Assembly: GCA_039585535.1 (NCBI GenBank)
Contig: JBDGVS010000013.1
Location: 1 to 42,892, forward strand
Direction: 5' to 3'
Length of the DNA stretch: 42,892 bases
From: Gemmatimonadota bacterium
Lineage (GTDB): Bacteria > Gemmatimonadota > Gemmatimonadetes > Longimicrobiales > Gaopeijiaceae
This document shows, piece after piece, positions 8,496 through 17,117 of this stretch. Every line of letters starts with the position of its first letter. The first letter of the stretch is position 1. The notes beneath the pieces are model-generated. The model was not told the DNA's origin and ran no database searches. It saw nothing but the letters and a program-made list of their open reading frames with translations. The position numbers and the translations under genes are program-made.

Positions 8496-9572
8496 TCAGG
8501 GGCTGACAGCCCTCACGCCTGCGACACTCTCCCGCTCCAGATCCAGAAGGCGCTGTTTTCGCCAAAGGCCGCCACCGTATCCGGCCAGGCGGCCGTCGGC
8601 ACCGATCACACGGTGGCAGGGAATGACGATCGCGAGTGCGTTTGCCCCATTCGCGGTGCCGACCGCTCGCACGGCGTTGGGTCTCCCCACCGCCGTCGCG
8701 ATGTCGGCATAAGAACGCGTCTCTCCGGTAGGAATCGCGAGGAGCTCCCCCCAGACCGCTCGTTGGAAGTCACTTCCGCTCATCGCGATGGGGACCGTGA
8801 AGCGCTCCAGTTGCCCCTGGAAGTACTCCTCGACCTCCCGCTCGGTTTGGGCGATGACCTCGTTTCGACCAGGCGTGAAAACCACACCCATGCGCCTGCG
8901 AATCCGTTCGACCTGTCGCGGGAGCATCCGGCGGTCCACGAATTCGAGCAGACACAACGCGTCGTCCGTGGCGGCGATCAACATCGGCCCCAGTGGCGTA
9001 ACGACACGATCCACGTGCGCGAGGGCGGCCCCCTCCAGATTCGTCGGCGGCTCACCGAAGTACCGCCGAAAAGCTTCCTGAAAGCCTGACAACGACTCGT
9101 AGCCCACTTCGTATGCGGTGCGGCCGACGGAGCTCCCCTCGTTCACACGGCCGAGCGCCGCACCGAGCCTCCGTGCGCGGCTATACGACTGGAACGTCAT
9201 TCCGTGGTGCTTCTGAAACCAGCGGCGCACGCGTTCCGGGCTGAGACCACGGCCGCGGATGTCTGCATCGGTCCAGCGACGAGTCGGGTCGGCCTCCAGA
9301 TCGTCGAGCAAGGGCCGCAGCCACCCGGGAGGCGTACCTGCCGGCTCCAGGGGTCGGCATCGACGACACGGCCGGTAGCCGGCCAGCAGGGCGTCCTGAG
9401 TGGACGAGAAGAAGGAGACGTTCTCCGGCCGCGGTTTTCTGGCCGGACAAGTCGGACGACAGAAAATGCCCGTCGTGTGGACACCGGTGACGAAAATGCC
9501 GTCGAACGATGCGTCGCGCGCCATGAAGGCTTCGAGCATGACCGGAGCGGCTGGAAGAGTTTGTGTATTCAT
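8496..9572 (-). CDS. ada: Bifunctional Ada-type regulator / methylated-DNA-protein-cysteine methyltransferase
   Basis: N-terminal Ada zinc-cysteine domain (FCRPTCPARKPRPENV), a central AraC-type HTH, and a C-terminal Ogt domain with active site IPCHRVIG. Confidence 0.88.
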   Translation of the reverse strand: MNTQTLPAAPVMLEAFMARDASFDGIFVTGVHTTGIFCRPTCPARKPRPENVSFFSSTQDALLAGYRPCRRCRPLEPAGTPPGWLRPLLDDLEADPTRRWTDADIRGRGLSPERVRRWFQKHHGMTFQSYSRARRLGAALGRVNEGSSVGRTAYEVGYESLSGFQEAFRRYFGEPPTNLEGAALAHVDRVVTPLGPMLIAATDDALCLLEFVDRRMLPRQVERIRRRMGVVFTPGRNEVIAQTEREVEEYFQGQLERFTVPIAMSGSDFQRAVWGELLAIPTGETRSYADIATAVGRPNAVRAVGTANGANALAIVIPCHRVIGADGRLAGYGGGLWRKQRLLDLERESVAGVRAVSP

Positions 9573-9797
9573 GCTCGCAAGCTGACCACCTGAGACTTTT
9601 CTCTCTACCGAAATTCGTGCATTGAATTTCTACGGGGAGGCCTACGTCATTCGACGTATGCCCGATGAACCCCCGGGGCACGAAGATTACATAGCGCGGT
9701 TCGGCACACGCCGCGTCCCACCCGACCGCTCTACGTCACGTGGCCACCAAGATAGAGTACGCGTACGTTGCGCAGTCTCGGATCGGAGGAGAACAAG

Positions 9798-12700
9798 ATG
9801 ACGGAAACCGTCGGCAGAGGGCATTCTGATCGCCACAGGGCTGATCTCCCGACCCTTCTTCCCCTGGTCGGCCGCGCTACGGAACTCGCGCGCCTCGAGA
9901 CTCTCATGGAGGGAGGCCAGACGGGTACGCGCGTCGTCTTCGTGAGGGGCGAGGGCGGTGTCGGAAAGACCCGACTCGTGGCCGAATTCGCAGACCGTGC
10001 AGAGCGTCGATCCTGGACGGTCGTCCGAGGCCGCGCCTATCCCGTCGGGGCCGGCGTGCCCTATGCGATGTTCGCGGACGCGTGGGTTCCGGCTCTCGAT
10101 TCCATGCAGCCCAGCGCACTCACGGTGCTTACTCGAGGGGGAGAGGCCGAACTTCGCTACCTCTTCCCAGCCCTCGGCGACCCCGCCCAGGCACTCGAGC
10201 GGTCCCCCTCTGGTGAACCCGACGAATTCCGTACGCGTCTCATGTGGAACTTCGCCGAATTCTTGAAGCGATACGCCAACCGCACCCCACTTCTCTGCGT
10301 CCTCGAGGACCTCCAGTGGGCAGACGAGTCCTCTCTCGAACTCCTGCACTTCGTCGCCCGACAGGTTGCGGGAGCTCCGGTCCTGTTCGTGTGCACGTAC
10401 AACGACCGGGAGCGTGACGCCTGTCGCGCACTCGTGAAGACGGAACGCTCCCTCGAGGCCATCGGATCGGCGGAGGTCCTCCACCTGCAGGCCCTGACGC
10501 GCGATCAGGTAGGGGAGCTGGTCTCCCGGAATTTCGCAGTAGATAGCGACGTTGTTCGCGATTTCGCAGGGATTCTCTACGGGTGGACGCGTGGCAACGC
10601 CTTCTTCGTAGAGGCGATTCTCCGGACAATGATCTCCTCCGGTCGGCTCCGTCAGGAGAGCAGCGCCTGGATCGGGTGGGACGCCAAGGAGTTCGGCATG
10701 CCGGACTCCGTCCGAGACGCCATCGTGACACGAGTCGCAGACCTGGACGACGACGCGCGCACCGTACTCGAGATGGCCGCTGTCGTGGGCCGACGGGTGA
10801 GCTTCGGCGTGCTCGAATCCGTGACGAGCCAGGACCAGGAGACCGTGGTCAGTGCGGTGGATTCTCTCTGCGGCGCCGGACTCCTCGAGGAACGGTCCGT
10901 GGGGCAGGACATCGTCTACGACTTCCGGCATCCTCTCGTTCGCCAGACGCTCTACGACGAATTGGGGCTACAGCGTGCGAGGATGGCGCACGGCGTCGTG
11001 GCAGAGGCGATGGAGTCGTACTACGGAGCAGAGGCTCATGAGCACGCCGATCAGCTTGCCTACCACTACTCCCGCGCAGAAGGCCATGAGCTTCGCTCCA
11101 AGGCCGTGCAGTACCTGGCATCGGCTGGTACACGGGCGCTGGGGCGCAGAGCGGACCAGGAAGCCATCGGCTATCTCGAGGCTGCGCTCGAGCGCAGCAC
11201 TTCTGACGACGCGACGCGCGCTCTGATTCCGGCTCTGGCCCAGGCGCACACCCATGTGGGTGGCTTCGATTCCGCGGCGCGACTCTGGGAACGTGCGTTG
11301 GCCCAACTCGAGGATGACGATCCCGAGCGCGCCTCGGTCCTTCGTGCACTCGGGATGACCAACGTTTGGCGCGGACGGCACTTCGTTGCTGCAGAGTATT
11401 TCGATGCTGGACTGGCCGTGGCTCACTCTGCGGGAGATCGACCGGCCGCCGTCCGGCTTCTCGTGGCCAAGGCGCACAGCCTGCACGAGATCGGCGACGG
11501 CATCGGGGCCCTCGCCGTTCTCGACACGGCACTGCCACTGGCGCAAGCGATCGGCCACCCGAGTTTGCTCGCTCGGGTGCATCGTGCGCTAGCCCTGCTC
11601 TACGTGTGGCTCGGACCACCCGAAAAGGCAACGGAGCATGGCGAGCTCGCCATCGCGATTGCCGACGAGATCGGAGATCTCAGTATCGGGTTCTGGGCGC
11701 GATGGGGCATGGCGGTTCTAGCCGGCATGCGAGGGGATATCGAGCGCATGATGAGCACGCTGGAGGACATCAGCGCGATGGCTGATGAAGTCCGCTCACC
11801 GGTCCTTCGCCTCTGGACCGCAGACATGATGGTGGAACACTGCTACGCCACGGGAGAGTGGGACGCAGGAATCGCTCGCGGCGAGCAGGCGATCGCCCTC
11901 GCGCGATCTCTCAATCAACGGACGCTTCTCCCTCGCCTCCTCGTGTGGACGTCACAGTTCCACGTAGCGCGCGGGGAGCTCGAGAGGGCGGAATCGCTCG
12001 TTCGGGAAGCCGTCGACATGTCAGGACTCGAGACCGATGGCGCTGTGATCGACATCCACCAGGTCGTGCCCACCTATATCGGTCTGGCACAGTACCAGTT
12101 GCACCTGGGTGAGTATGAGCGGGCGATCGAAGCCGCCGAGAAGGGCCTCGATATCGCTGAGGGGACCGGGTATACGCTGTGGGCGATGCACCGCTTGCTT
12201 CCTGTTCTGGCCGAGGCGTGCCTTTGGTCGGGGCGCCTGGATCGTGCCGAGGAGGTAGGTATCAGAATCCGCGAGCACGCAGAGCGTATCGACCACAGGA
12301 TCGGTCGGGCGTGGGCCGATGCATGCGATGCACTGATCCAATGGAAGCGCGGTGACCCGGAAGGTTCGGTCGAGCAGATGCTGTCGGCCGCGAACGCACT
12401 CGAGGCGATCCCCTTGCTCTGGCCCGCTACGCGACTTCGGCGGCAAGTCGCCGGCCGTCTCGCTGACATGGGCCGCCGAGACGATGCTCTGGCGGAGTTG
12501 CGCAAGGTACACGCTGTGTGTGCATCTGTGCGCGCCGGACTCGAACTCGAAAAGACCCGAGCCATGTTTCGCGAACTCGGCACACGGCCCCCCTCCGTAT
12601 CAACGGAAGATGGACCGCTCGGTCTGACGGAGGCTGAGCTACGAGTAGGGATGCTGGTCGCCGAGGGCATGAGCAACAAGGCCATGGCGAATGAGCTGCG

Positions 12701-12821
12701 CTGTGCCACCGGCACGGTCCGGACTCACCTCCAGAACATTTATCAGAAGCTCGACGTTGGCGGCGCCGGCGCGAGGCACCGGCTCGGCAATCTCGTTCGG
12801 GAGGCGGGACTCCTCGACTGA
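9798..12821 (+). CDS. Large ATP-binding LuxR-family regulator (LAL/MalT-like: P-loop NTPase + TPR-like repeats + LuxR HTH)
   Basis: Walker A GEGGVGKTRL, Walker B-like LLCVLEDLQWADESS, a long helical repeat region, and a C-terminal LuxR HTH (LTEAELRVGMLVAEGMSNKAMANELRCATGTVRTHLQNIYQKLDV). I chose the ATG at 9798 because GGAGGAG lies about 6 nt upstream; the track start at 9768 is a TTG. Confidence 0.85.
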   Translation: MTETVGRGHSDRHRADLPTLLPLVGRATELARLETLMEGGQTGTRVVFVRGEGGVGKTRLVAEFADRAERRSWTVVRGRAYPVGAGVPYAMFADAWVPALDSMQPSALTVLTRGGEAELRYLFPALGDPAQALERSPSGEPDEFRTRLMWNFAEFLKRYANRTPLLCVLEDLQWADESSLELLHFVARQVAGAPVLFVCTYNDRERDACRALVKTERSLEAIGSAEVLHLQALTRDQVGELVSRNFAVDSDVVRDFAGILYGWTRGNAFFVEAILRTMISSGRLRQESSAWIGWDAKEFGMPDSVRDAIVTRVADLDDDARTVLEMAAVVGRRVSFGVLESVTSQDQETVVSAVDSLCGAGLLEERSVGQDIVYDFRHPLVRQTLYDELGLQRARMAHGVVAEAMESYYGAEAHEHADQLAYHYSRAEGHELRSKAVQYLASAGTRALGRRADQEAIGYLEAALERSTSDDATRALIPALAQAHTHVGGFDSAARLWERALAQLEDDDPERASVLRALGMTNVWRGRHFVAAEYFDAGLAVAHSAGDRPAAVRLLVAKAHSLHEIGDGIGALAVLDTALPLAQAIGHPSLLARVHRALALLYVWLGPPEKATEHGELAIAIADEIGDLSIGFWARWGMAVLAGMRGDIERMMSTLEDISAMADEVRSPVLRLWTADMMVEHCYATGEWDAGIARGEQAIALARSLNQRTLLPRLLVWTSQFHVARGELERAESLVREAVDMSGLETDGAVIDIHQVVPTYIGLAQYQLHLGEYERAIEAAEKGLDIAEGTGYTLWAMHRLLPVLAEACLWSGRLDRAEEVGIRIREHAERIDHRIGRAWADACDALIQWKRGDPEGSVEQMLSAANALEAIPLLWPATRLRRQVAGRLADMGRRDDALAELRKVHAVCASVRAGLELEKTRAMFRELGTRPPSVSTEDGPLGLTEAELRVGMLVAEGMSNKAMANELRCATGTVRTHLQNIYQKLDVGGAGARHRLGNLVREAGLLD

Positions 12822-12858
12822 GGTTGATGAGGTCGGCCTCAGCGCGATCTTTCGAGCC

Positions 12859-13323
12859 ATGACCGGCAACCAATCGTCTGCCCACGAAATGGCGCCACCT
12901 TCACCCGAGGGGTACCCCGTCTCCGAAACACGGATCGGTGTACGAACCTCGGAGTTGGATTCGTTCGGACACGTCAATCACGCCGTGTACCTGAGCTACT
13001 TCGAGCACGCTCGCTTCGAGGCACTGAAACGCGCTGGCTTCCCTTGGCAAACGCTCGACGAACGAGGGTGGGCAATATTCGTTGTCCGAGTCGAGGTGGA
13101 CTATCTCGCTGAGACCCATCGTGAGGACCAACTGCTGCTTCGCACGTGGGCGGACTCCTTTCGGCGCACGAGCATGGTTCTCGCCCAGGATATGCTTCGA
13201 GACGACGGGTCAGGAATCGTGGTTGCTCGGGCACGTGTGACGGCCGTGTGGATAGGGCCAGACCGGAAGCCCATGAGGGTGCCGCCGGACGTACGAGAAG
13301 GACTCACCAGGGAGACAGCGTGA
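12859..13323 (+). CDS. Acyl-CoA thioesterase, 4HBT/YbgC-like hotdog fold
   Basis: ELDSFGHVNHAVYLSYFEHAR is a typical hotdog thioesterase N-terminus. The ATG at 12859 is in frame with track ORF 12691..13323. The stop overlaps the pyrE start (GTGA). Confidence 0.75.
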   Translation: MTGNQSSAHEMAPPSPEGYPVSETRIGVRTSELDSFGHVNHAVYLSYFEHARFEALKRAGFPWQTLDERGWAIFVVRVEVDYLAETHREDQLLLRTWADSFRRTSMVLAQDMLRDDGSGIVVARARVTAVWIGPDRKPMRVPPDVREGLTRETA

Positions 13324-13883
13324 CCGATCGCGATCGACTCAAAGAACTGCTCGTTCAGCGCAGTGTGCGCCTCGGCAACTTCACACTCGCCAGCGGGGCC
13401 AAGTCGGACTACTACATCGACGCCCGCCTCACGACGATGAGCGCGGAGGGGCAGGAGTTGGTTGGGAAAGTGGGGCTCGCCGCGATTGCCGAGAGTGACC
13501 TGAGGCCGACCCATATCGGAGGTCTTACACTCGGTGCTGACCCCATCACGTACGCGATCGCACACCGAAGTGCGCTTGATGGTACGCCGATCGACGGCTT
13601 CACCGTGCGAAAGCGAGCCAAGGATCACGGAACAGGCCAGCGCATCGAGGGGGGTCTATCCGAGACCGGACGAGCTCTGATGATCGAAGACACCATGACA
13701 ACGGGCCGCAGCACGCTCGAAGCCGTGGAAGCTGTACGCACGCACGGCGCAAAGATCGTCGGCGTGCTCACGGTGGTGAATCGATCCGAAAACGCGGAAG
13801 CGTTCTTCGCAGCTCAGGGAATTCCCCTGATCTACCTGTTCACCGGGAATGAGCTCGTCGAAGCCGCCCGTAGCCTGGCCTGA
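13320..13883 (+). CDS. pyrE: Orotate phosphoribosyltransferase
   Basis: FTLASGAKSDYYID and the PRPP-binding loop ALMIEDTMTTGRS. GTG start at 13320. Confidence 0.88.
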   Translation: MTDRDRLKELLVQRSVRLGNFTLASGAKSDYYIDARLTTMSAEGQELVGKVGLAAIAESDLRPTHIGGLTLGADPITYAIAHRSALDGTPIDGFTVRKRAKDHGTGQRIEGGLSETGRALMIEDTMTTGRSTLEAVEAVRTHGAKIVGVLTVVNRSENAEAFFAAQGIPLIYLFTGNELVEAARSLA

Positions 13884-13897
13884 ACCGAAGTTGAACT

Positions 13898-13918
13898 CGA
13901 GGGGAGCGTTTCCTCTCG
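13898..13918. terminator. Possible bidirectional stem-loop between convergent pyrE and dnaN
   Basis: CGAGGGGA-gcgtt-TCCTCTCG forms an 8-bp stem (one G-U pair) with a 5-nt loop. There is no strong U-run. Confidence 0.3.
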
Positions 13919-13923
13919 GTTCC

Positions 13924-14934
13924 TCAGTCGAGCAGTCGGAGTGGCATCACCAGGCACAGGTAGTCTTCCGCGTCGTCCCCTGCTGGAACGATCGTGGCTG
14001 CGCGCTCTGGAGCCTTGAACGCGAAGTTCACCTCGTCGGACGGGATGTGCTTGAGCACTTCCAGCAGGTAGTTGGCATTGAACCCGATCTCGACCTCTTC
14101 ACCGTCATACCCGACCTCGATTTCGTCATGACCTTCGCCCAGATCGGGCGTGAGGACATTCAGGTGAACGCGGCCAGACTCGAACTTCAGCCGGATACGG
14201 TGGGTCTGGTCGGACGCGACCACGGCCATACGTCGCACCGCTGAGGCAAGAGCCTTCTTGTCGATCAGTGCGACCCTGTCGTTGTCTCGCGGAATAACCT
14301 GATCGTAGTTCGGATACTGGCCTTCGATCAGCCGTGTGTAGATCTCCGTGGTGTCGGCACGGAAACCAAGGTGGTTCCCGCTACGCGCGACAGAGAGCTG
14401 ATCGCCGTCCTTGAAGAGTCTCTGCACCTGGGTCAGAGCGGCTGGCGGTACGATGAAGTCCGCACTCGCGGTTCCGGTCGCTTCCACCTTTACGCCCATG
14501 CGGGCGAGGCGATGGCCATTCGTCGCGACCATCTTCATCTCACCGTCCCGAAGCTCCCAGAGCACGCCTTTCAGGATGGGGCGACTCTCTTCAGTCGAAA
14601 CCGCGAACGACCCGTTCAGTTTGAAGTGGCTCCTGCCGCACTTCAGTTCGATCTGATCTCCGCGAGTCGTGATCTCGACCGGCTGGTCAGCGAGCTCCCG
14701 GGTGATCTCCTGAAGCTTCTTACCCGGTGCGGTAAGGCTCCCGGTTTCCTTCACATCGGCGAGAACCTTCACGCGAACTGCGACGTCCAGATCGGTTCCG
14801 CTCATCCAGACACCGTCTTCGGTGGCCTCGAAGAGAATGTTCGATAGAACTGGGAGGGTCGTCTTCGACGGGATGCTGGCAGAAACTGCTGCGAGCCCGG
14901 TGTGAAGGTTTTGCCGGGTGATTGTGAAGTTCAT
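13924..14934 (-). CDS. dnaN: DNA polymerase III beta sliding clamp, unusually short (336 aa) with an apparent internal gap
   Basis: Starts MNFTITRQNL...TLPVLSNILF, contains VATNGHRLA, and ends LVMPLRLLD. Start trimmed to the ATG at 14934. The region between FKLNG and SFAVSTEESRP lacks about 30 residues present in E. coli DnaN (see findings). Confidence 0.85.
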   Translation of the reverse strand: MNFTITRQNLHTGLAAVSASIPSKTTLPVLSNILFEATEDGVWMSGTDLDVAVRVKVLADVKETGSLTAPGKKLQEITRELADQPVEITTRGDQIELKCGRSHFKLNGSFAVSTEESRPILKGVLWELRDGEMKMVATNGHRLARMGVKVEATGTASADFIVPPAALTQVQRLFKDGDQLSVARSGNHLGFRADTTEIYTRLIEGQYPNYDQVIPRDNDRVALIDKKALASAVRRMAVVASDQTHRIRLKFESGRVHLNVLTPDLGEGHDEIEVGYDGEEVEIGFNANYLLEVLKHIPSDEVNFAFKAPERAATIVPAGDDAEDYLCLVMPLRLLD

Positions 14935-15240
14935 CGGGGAGGCGCTCCTGGCGGCCGTGTCGGCGGATTGGGGCGGGTACCGGTCCGGTTTTCCCGAGCC
15001 TGAGATACTATCTCTCTTCTTTATTAAAAAACATAGTAGTAGTAGGGCCTGTGGATGTGTGGAAGGGACGGAGAGGCCATGTCCCATTCGTACAGGCGGT
15101 GCAACGATTTCCGGTGGTTCACGCACTCCGTGGAGTTCTGTGGAAAACTCGTCGAAAGTGAACGGGTGTGGAGTGACACTGAGTGTGGGTGTGGGGAATC
15201 AGACACTTATCCACAGGACTCCACAACTGTTTCCTCGCGC
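14935..15240. other. Candidate oriC (dnaA-dnaN intergenic region with a DnaA-box cluster and AT-rich unwinding element)
   Basis: One perfect TTATCCACA at 15207-15215. Reverse-orientation variants are TGTGGAAAA (15139-15147, 8/9), TGTGGATGT (15050-15058), TGTGGAAGG (15058-15066), TGTGGAGTG (15167-15175) and TGTGGGGAA (15190-15198). An AT-rich tract at 15006-15046 includes TTTATTAAAAAACATAGTAGTAGTAG. Confidence 0.6.
15207..15215 (+). promoter_or_regulatory. Perfect consensus DnaA box TTATCCACA
   Basis: Exact 9-mer match read directly from the sequence, 26 nt downstream of the dnaA stop. Confidence 0.7.
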
Positions 15241-16674
15241 CTAGGATGGCTCGCGGAGGTCCTGCATCACCTCTCGGACACGCTCCCGGAACTCACCGTC
15301 GTACTCCATCCGTCGCTCAATTTTTCTGATCGAATAGAGGACGGTCGAATGGTCTCTTCCGCCAAAGCAGCGACCGATTTCGGTCAATGGCATCTCGAGC
15401 ATCTTCCTCATCGCGTACATCGCGACGTGGCGTGCCTCGGTAACGGTTCGCGTTCGCGTCTTCGCAGCCAGCGACTCCGTGCGAACTCGCCAGGCCTTCG
15501 CAATGCTGTCCTGGATCTTCTCCAGGGACGCCATCGGGGAGCGTGGCTCCTGCTCTCGACGTCGCAGGGCGAGCACTCGCCGAGCGAAGTCAGGGGTGAT
15601 CTCCTGGTTCCACACGGAAGACACTGCGAGGAGCTTGATGACGGCTCCCTCGAGTTCGCGCACTGATGATGTACACGAGTGTGCGATGCACTCGATCACG
15701 TCGCCCTCGAGCATGAGGCCCTCTTCCTCGGCCTTTCGCCGAAGGATGGCGATTCGAGTCTCGAGATCCGGCGGGCGGAAGTCGACGGTGAGGCCCCAGT
15801 CGAACCGCGAGACCAATCGCTCTTCGACGCCCTCCATCTCCCGCGGTGGCCGATCGCCGGTCAGGACGATCTGGCGATGTGAATCGTAGAGCGCATTGAA
15901 CGTGTGAAAAAACTCGTCCTGTGTGCTCTCTTTGTTCCGAAGAAACTGGACATCGTCGACGAGCAGCAGGTCCATCTCACGGTAGCGGGCTCGGAACTGC
16001 GCCGTCGTACCGCGCTGGATCGCGTTGATCATCTCGTTCATGAACTGCTCGGCCGACACGTACGCGACCCGCGCGTCCGGGTTCGACTGGAGCATCCGAT
16101 GCCCGATGGCGTGCATGAGGTGCGTCTTGCCCAAGCCGACGCCGCCATAGAAGACGAGCGGATTGTAGAGACGACCCGGCTTGTCCGCGGCGGCGGTAGC
16201 GGCCGCGGTGGCTAGCTGGTTGTTGGTGCCCACCACGAAGCGCTCAAACGTATACCGCTCGTTGAGTGAGGGACTCCGCGCTCCAAGAAGGGGCGATGTC
16301 GGGCGCGCCGGTGACCAGGTTGGACTTCTATCTGACGGACGCGGTTCGGGCACCTCGTCGATCTCGACGGTGGACTCGACCCGGACGGTCGGGGGCGAAA
16401 ACGCGTCGGGGGACGAAGCTCCGCGGACTGCGATGCGGATCGCTCGTCCGACTACATCGCCGGCACGTGCTTCGAGCAACTCTCCGTACTTGTCCTCGAG
16501 CCACTCGGCCTTGAAACGATTGCCCGCTTCGAGGAGGAGTTCCACATCGGTGAGCGCGACAGCACGGACGCCTTCGATCCACGACGAAAAGGCGTGGTCG
16601 GGCACGTCGTCCCGGATGGAATCCTGGATACGGACCCAGACCTCGGTCGCGGTCAGTTCCAACGAGTGATCCAT
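15241..16674 (-). CDS. dnaA: Chromosomal replication initiator protein DnaA
   Basis: 477 aa from the ATG at 16674 (MDHSLEL). Walker A GGVGLGKTHL, Walker B LLLVDDVQFL, sensor SVRELEGA, and the domain IV signature GGRDHSTVLYSIRKI. Confidence 0.95.
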   Translation of the reverse strand: MDHSLELTATEVWVRIQDSIRDDVPDHAFSSWIEGVRAVALTDVELLLEAGNRFKAEWLEDKYGELLEARAGDVVGRAIRIAVRGASSPDAFSPPTVRVESTVEIDEVPEPRPSDRSPTWSPARPTSPLLGARSPSLNERYTFERFVVGTNNQLATAAATAAADKPGRLYNPLVFYGGVGLGKTHLMHAIGHRMLQSNPDARVAYVSAEQFMNEMINAIQRGTTAQFRARYREMDLLLVDDVQFLRNKESTQDEFFHTFNALYDSHRQIVLTGDRPPREMEGVEERLVSRFDWGLTVDFRPPDLETRIAILRRKAEEEGLMLEGDVIECIAHSCTSSVRELEGAVIKLLAVSSVWNQEITPDFARRVLALRRREQEPRSPMASLEKIQDSIAKAWRVRTESLAAKTRTRTVTEARHVAMYAMRKMLEMPLTEIGRCFGGRDHSTVLYSIRKIERRMEYDGEFRERVREVMQDLREPS

Positions 16675-16886
16675 GTGCCGTGAGGGGCGGCGTGCGGTCC
16701 GCTGGTGACGTAGGATCGGGAGATGACCGGTGGCATCCGCGTGGGTTTCCGGGGCTCTTCTGAGGCTATTGAGGTGGCTCCCATTTTCGGGAGGGGGGTC
16801 GAAGCTACCGAGCCTTTGGGTGAATGTCAAAACACCCGAAAACGCCCGAAAACGTTGGGTCCTGAGCGATTTCCGCAAGGGTGCCG

Positions 16887-16916
16887 TTGACCCGTTCCAA
16901 GGCACGCGGCTATCTT
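16887..16916 (+). promoter_or_regulatory. Possible sigma-70-type promoter for rpmH
   Basis: TTGACC (16887-16892), an 18-nt spacer, then TATCTT (16911-16916), about 50 nt upstream of the rpmH ATG. Confidence 0.35.
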
Positions 16917-16965
16917 CCTAAGCTCGACTCCAAACGTTGTACACCAATGAATTGGGCTGGCAGTA

Positions 16966-17115
16966 ATGAAGCCGACATACAAGCCGCGCAATCGCAAGCG
17001 CGTAAACAAGCACGGATTCCGTGCCCGCATGAAGACCGCCGCTGGTCGCAAGACTCTCAACCGGCGCCGGAATCGCGGTCGTACGCAGCTCGTGGTCAAG
17101 ATCGGCGGCAAGTAG
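16966..17115 (+). CDS. rpmH: 50S ribosomal protein L34
   Basis: Not in the ORF track (49 aa). My manual translation is [49 protein letters not shown], a canonical L34. Confidence 0.93.
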   Translation: MKPTYKPRNRKRVNKHGFRARMKTAAGRKTLNRRRNRGRTQLVVKIGGK

Positions 17116-17117
17116 TC

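Noticed and set aside
9687-10931. 414-aa ORF on the minus strand
   Set aside because: It lies entirely antisense to the strongly supported LAL/LuxR regulator gene (Walker A, LuxR HTH). It has no motifs and an Arg/Gly/Pro-rich composition typical of shadow ORFs in GC-rich DNA.
9798-12821. Possibility that the large STAND-like NTPase is an Avs/antiphage-type defence protein
   Set aside because: The C-terminal effector is a LuxR-type HTH, and the overall architecture matches MalT/LAL transcription activators. No nuclease, protease, TIR or other toxic effector domain is present, and there are no defence-island neighbours.
16835-16854. Perfect tandem duplication CCCGAAAACG x2 in the dnaA-rpmH spacer
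   Set aside because: There are only two 10-nt units, with no resemblance to DnaA boxes or known operator motifs. It is noted but too short to interpret.
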